Positions 60,258 to 62,973 of a stretch of 62,973 nt of DNA are shown here, piece after piece. The notes beneath the pieces are model-generated. The model was not told the origin of the DNA, ran no database searches, and saw only the letters and a list, made by a program, of their open reading frames with translations. Each line of letters starts with the position of its first letter. Within the stretch, counting starts at the first letter, position 1. Where the stretch lies: NCBI GenBank assembly GCA_021804105.1, contig JAJZKP010000003.1, forward strand, positions 1 through 62,973, written 5' to 3'. The DNA is from Candidatus Micrarchaeota archaeon. Its GTDB lineage: Archaea; Micrarchaeota; Micrarchaeia; Micrarchaeales; CABMGC01. Both the position numbers and the translations under genes were made by a program.

Positions 60258-61529
60258 GTGAAATGGATGGACTTAAGGACAAAGGCCTATGCATCTCTTG
60301 CATTTGCAGTAGTGTCGGGGTCGTTCCTGGCCATATTGCTTGACCTCGCGAAGGGCGTGAACATCTATGAATTCTTCTTCTTCATGTACCTCCTCTCTGT
60401 GCCGATGGGCCTCGCATTGCTTGCTTATAAGGGCAAGCTGGGCAAGCTCGTTGAAGTGGCGAAGGACGGGAAGCGACTCGCTTACATGGCACTAACCGGC
60501 CTGCTCATATACATGCCGATCGAGTTCGGCGTCTCGTATGCCGAGCACTTCGTCACTGCATCGCTGGCAACTGCAATATTCAGGACAAGCCCGCTCATGG
60601 TGCTGCTCTTCACTCCGATAATGCTGCGGGAGAGGCTCACGAAGATACAGGTGCTCGCCCTCTCGCTCGGCGTGGTGGGCCTCTACATAGGCATAACCGG
60701 GGGCAACATATCCGGGCTGATAAGCAACGCTGCATTGACACCGGTGCTGCTGCTTGTTATGCTCACCCTTGGCTACTCTATATCGGTGCTCTCCATAAGG
60801 AAGTTCATGTTCGACACTGACGTATTGCTCGCGGTGTCAGCAATAGTCATGCTGGTATTCTTCGCTGCTGCGTTTCTGCTTGCCGGAGCCCCACTTGCAC
60901 CAATCAGCCTGCCCAGCTTGGCGGTGCTCGCATACCTGGGCCTGTTCTTCAACATATTCAGCTTCTACATCTCATTCCAGTCATTGAAGATGGTGAAGGT
61001 TTCAGAGTATACGAATGCCCACCTTCTCTCGCCTTTCCTTACCTTTGTCTGGGCTTTCGCCATACTGGCGGAGCCAATCACCCCGTATTACCTGGTGATA
61101 GCTGGGTTTGCAACCGCAGGCATGATAATGCAGAGGTGGGACATGAAGATAGGCTCGTTTGCGACACGGAAGAACAGCACTCTCCGGCACACAGTAATAT
61201 TCGACGTTACCGGGGCGTTTGCCAACACAGGCGAGGCTGCGATAAGCAGCACCATAGGCAGCGGCGGGAGGGTGCTTGCGGTAAAGCTCCACAACGACCA
61301 TAAGGCAAGGGTTGATGATTTTGTCAGGAACGGCAGCCATGTTGGCGTGTATACAGATGAACATCCAAACATAGCGCGGGAATCAAAGTTTGTTAAGGAG
61401 ATACTTGGCGCTGGAGAGGGAGAGTTCGTGGTTATGAAGGCCGGCAATGTGGACGAAGATGAAGGCTTCTTCGAGAGACTGCACGCAGAGCTGGGATCAG
61501 GAGGGCAACAGATCCGGAAGGAGCAGTAG
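60258..61529 (+). CDS. DMT/EamA transporter with extra C-terminal soluble domain
   Basis: 10 TM with LRERLT and LAEPIT repeats, plus about 130 aa soluble tail. Confidence 0.85.
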   Translation: MKWMDLRTKAYASLAFAVVSGSFLAILLDLAKGVNIYEFFFFMYLLSVPMGLALLAYKGKLGKLVEVAKDGKRLAYMALTGLLIYMPIEFGVSYAEHFVTASLATAIFRTSPLMVLLFTPIMLRERLTKIQVLALSLGVVGLYIGITGGNISGLISNAALTPVLLLVMLTLGYSISVLSIRKFMFDTDVLLAVSAIVMLVFFAAAFLLAGAPLAPISLPSLAVLAYLGLFFNIFSFYISFQSLKMVKVSEYTNAHLLSPFLTFVWAFAILAEPITPYYLVIAGFATAGMIMQRWDMKIGSFATRKNSTLRHTVIFDVTGAFANTGEAAISSTIGSGGRVLAVKLHNDHKARVDDFVRNGSHVGVYTDEHPNIARESKFVKEILGAGEGEFVVMKAGNVDEDEGFFERLHAELGSGGQQIRKEQ

Positions 61530-61533
61530 TGCT

Positions 61534-62583
61534 TCACTGCAGTTCTGTCTTCCCTTCGGCAGGCTTCTCGTTGCCTTGACGCGACATTTTTGCCATGTAG
61601 TTGTCAAGCTTTATCGCGCGCTGGTAGAGGTATGCGAACCTCCTGCTCGCATGGCCATAGCTTATAGTGGTTATGTGCTCGCTCTTCTTGTTTATTATGT
61701 TGAAAGGAGGCACCTTGTACGCTATCTTGTCATCAAGCATTATGCGCTCGTGCTGGTCAATGGCGTCCTTCTCGTCCATGAGCTTTATCTCAAACCCGGT
61801 GCCGTTCACAGCGAGCTCGCTCTTGAAGTCCGATATGGAGCTGCCTATGTCAGCATCAAGCATATCTTTAGATGTAAGTATGGTTATCCTGGTGAAATTC
61901 CCCTGGCTCTGCTCTATCAGCCTGTGGAGGTTGGTCAGCGCGGTGGAATTGAAATGCTTATCCACTATCCTGAGGTGGCCGGCAAGCCTCGAGAAGATAC
62001 TCTCGCGCAGGTTGATCAGGTTAGAGAACGGCGTGCTTGGGTCTATCACCATCGTATGCGGCATCCTGGCGGACCGGGCAGATCCCCGCCTGCGGTTAAG
62101 GTATTCCAGGAATCCGTCGCATGCGAAGCATATCGCTATTCCGGCATAGGTCACATACATGTAGAAGTTTTCTACCGCGATGTAGGGAGTTGACACCACC
62201 AGGTACAGCAGCAATACGTATACGGCTACCATAGCCGCGTGGTATGGTACGTATCGCGACTGTGCTGAGGTTCCTCTCTCGTTCCTCTTTATGAACATAA
62301 GGAATGCGCCGGCCATCAGCGCCATTGCCACTATGAAAAGCACATAAGCTTCCAGTATGTAATTGTGTATCGCCAGCAGCTGCTGTGCTGCTGGGGCAAC
62401 GCTTGAGGCTATGGTGGCATTATGGTCATAAACGCTCTGCACTATGGCTCCGGCGCCTATGCCGTACAGGATGGAGAGTTCCTCCACCATGTATACAGAA
62501 CCAAGAACCAGCATGAGCGAGGCAAGGTTTAGGAATATGAGCGTGAACCTGTCTTTTGAGCCAGATTCGCCGGTCTTCTCCAT
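61534..62583 (-). CDS. 4-TM protein with C-terminal PLD-like domain
   Basis: LRIVDKHF, ITILTS, HERIMLDD..AY motifs. Confidence 0.55.
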   Translation of the reverse strand: MEKTGESGSKDRFTLIFLNLASLMLVLGSVYMVEELSILYGIGAGAIVQSVYDHNATIASSVAPAAQQLLAIHNYILEAYVLFIVAMALMAGAFLMFIKRNERGTSAQSRYVPYHAAMVAVYVLLLYLVVSTPYIAVENFYMYVTYAGIAICFACDGFLEYLNRRRGSARSARMPHTMVIDPSTPFSNLINLRESIFSRLAGHLRIVDKHFNSTALTNLHRLIEQSQGNFTRITILTSKDMLDADIGSSISDFKSELAVNGTGFEIKLMDEKDAIDQHERIMLDDKIAYKVPPFNIINKKSEHITTISYGHASRRFAYLYQRAIKLDNYMAKMSRQGNEKPAEGKTELQ

Positions 62584-62833
62584 GCTCTATCCTTTGAGCA
62601 AGAAATTATAATAGCCTTTGCCGGGTCATAGCAATTAGGAACTTGAGAAACAGCCATAAAAGATAGTACATCTCGGTAACAAGACAATAAAATGATTCGT
62701 ATCACGAGAGAGTTTCGGAAGATTCATACGCATGGAATAACGCTAGCTCTTTTAGGTTAAAGTGCCAGGTTCCTGCCAATTCCTTGGCCAAGTCAAGGTT
62801 TAAATACCAGTGCTGATACAATTATAATATATC

Positions 62834-62901
62834 ACGAGCAGGTACAGTAGTTCCTATAAGTCAGACTAATTTAGTCGTCGTATAACTACTCCTTTGCTTG
62901 T
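62834..62901 (+). promoter_or_regulatory. Long stem-loop in the 5' leader of the helicase gene
   Basis: Nested pairings ACGAGCAGG/CCTTTGCTTGT, AGTAGTT/AACTACT, GACTA/TAGTC. Confidence 0.6.
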
Positions 62902-62916
62902 AGGAAGGTGTAAAGT

Positions 62917-62973
62917 TTGAAAGCATTCTCAGAAATGAATCTAGATCCAGCCATAGTCGAATCGCTCAGGCGC
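62917..62973 (+). CDS. Probable DEAD-box RNA helicase, N-terminus only (runs off window)
   Basis: TTG start after AAGGTG; KAFSEMNLDPAIVESLRR resembles the start of the Q motif. Confidence 0.5.
   Translation, partial: MKAFSEMNLDPAIVESLRR

Noticed and set aside
61447-62193. 248-aa plus-strand ORF and similar long antisense ORFs throughout the window
   Set aside because: Shadows of well-supported genes on the opposite strand.

Overview
Archaeal chromosomal segment, most likely from a DPANN Micrarchaeota (ARMAN-like) genome. This is an inference from rpoK/Rpo6, a class I CCA-adding enzyme, geranylgeranyl reductase, GGTGA-type Shine-Dalgarno (SD) sites, TATA-type promoters and a LamG protein with a class III signal peptide. 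The window holds three tRNAs (Glu-CTC, Thr-TGT, Ala-CGC), a four-gene mercury-resistance operon behind tRNA-Glu, core and metabolic genes (fused trehalose synthase/phosphatase, threonine synthase, 2-oxoacid:ferredoxin oxidoreductase, glucose dehydrogenase), and many transporters, regulators and surface proteins. Most notable observations: (1) an integrase-free array of small toxin-antitoxin/Fic cassettes behind tRNA-Ala, each junction carrying a copy of the tRNA 3' end plus conserved flanking motifs; (2) a protein made of four tandem ribosomal stalk aP1 (L12p) dimerisation domains with no factor-binding tail; (3) an orphan, highly structured IS200/IS605 TnpB omegaRNA/right-end with no tnpB gene; (4) merA apparently starting at an ATA codon; (5) a microhomology junction joining the 3' stumps of two divergent genes; (6) a long 5'-UTR hairpin ahead of a probable DEAD-box helicase. 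All family calls come from reading motifs by eye; no database searches were run.
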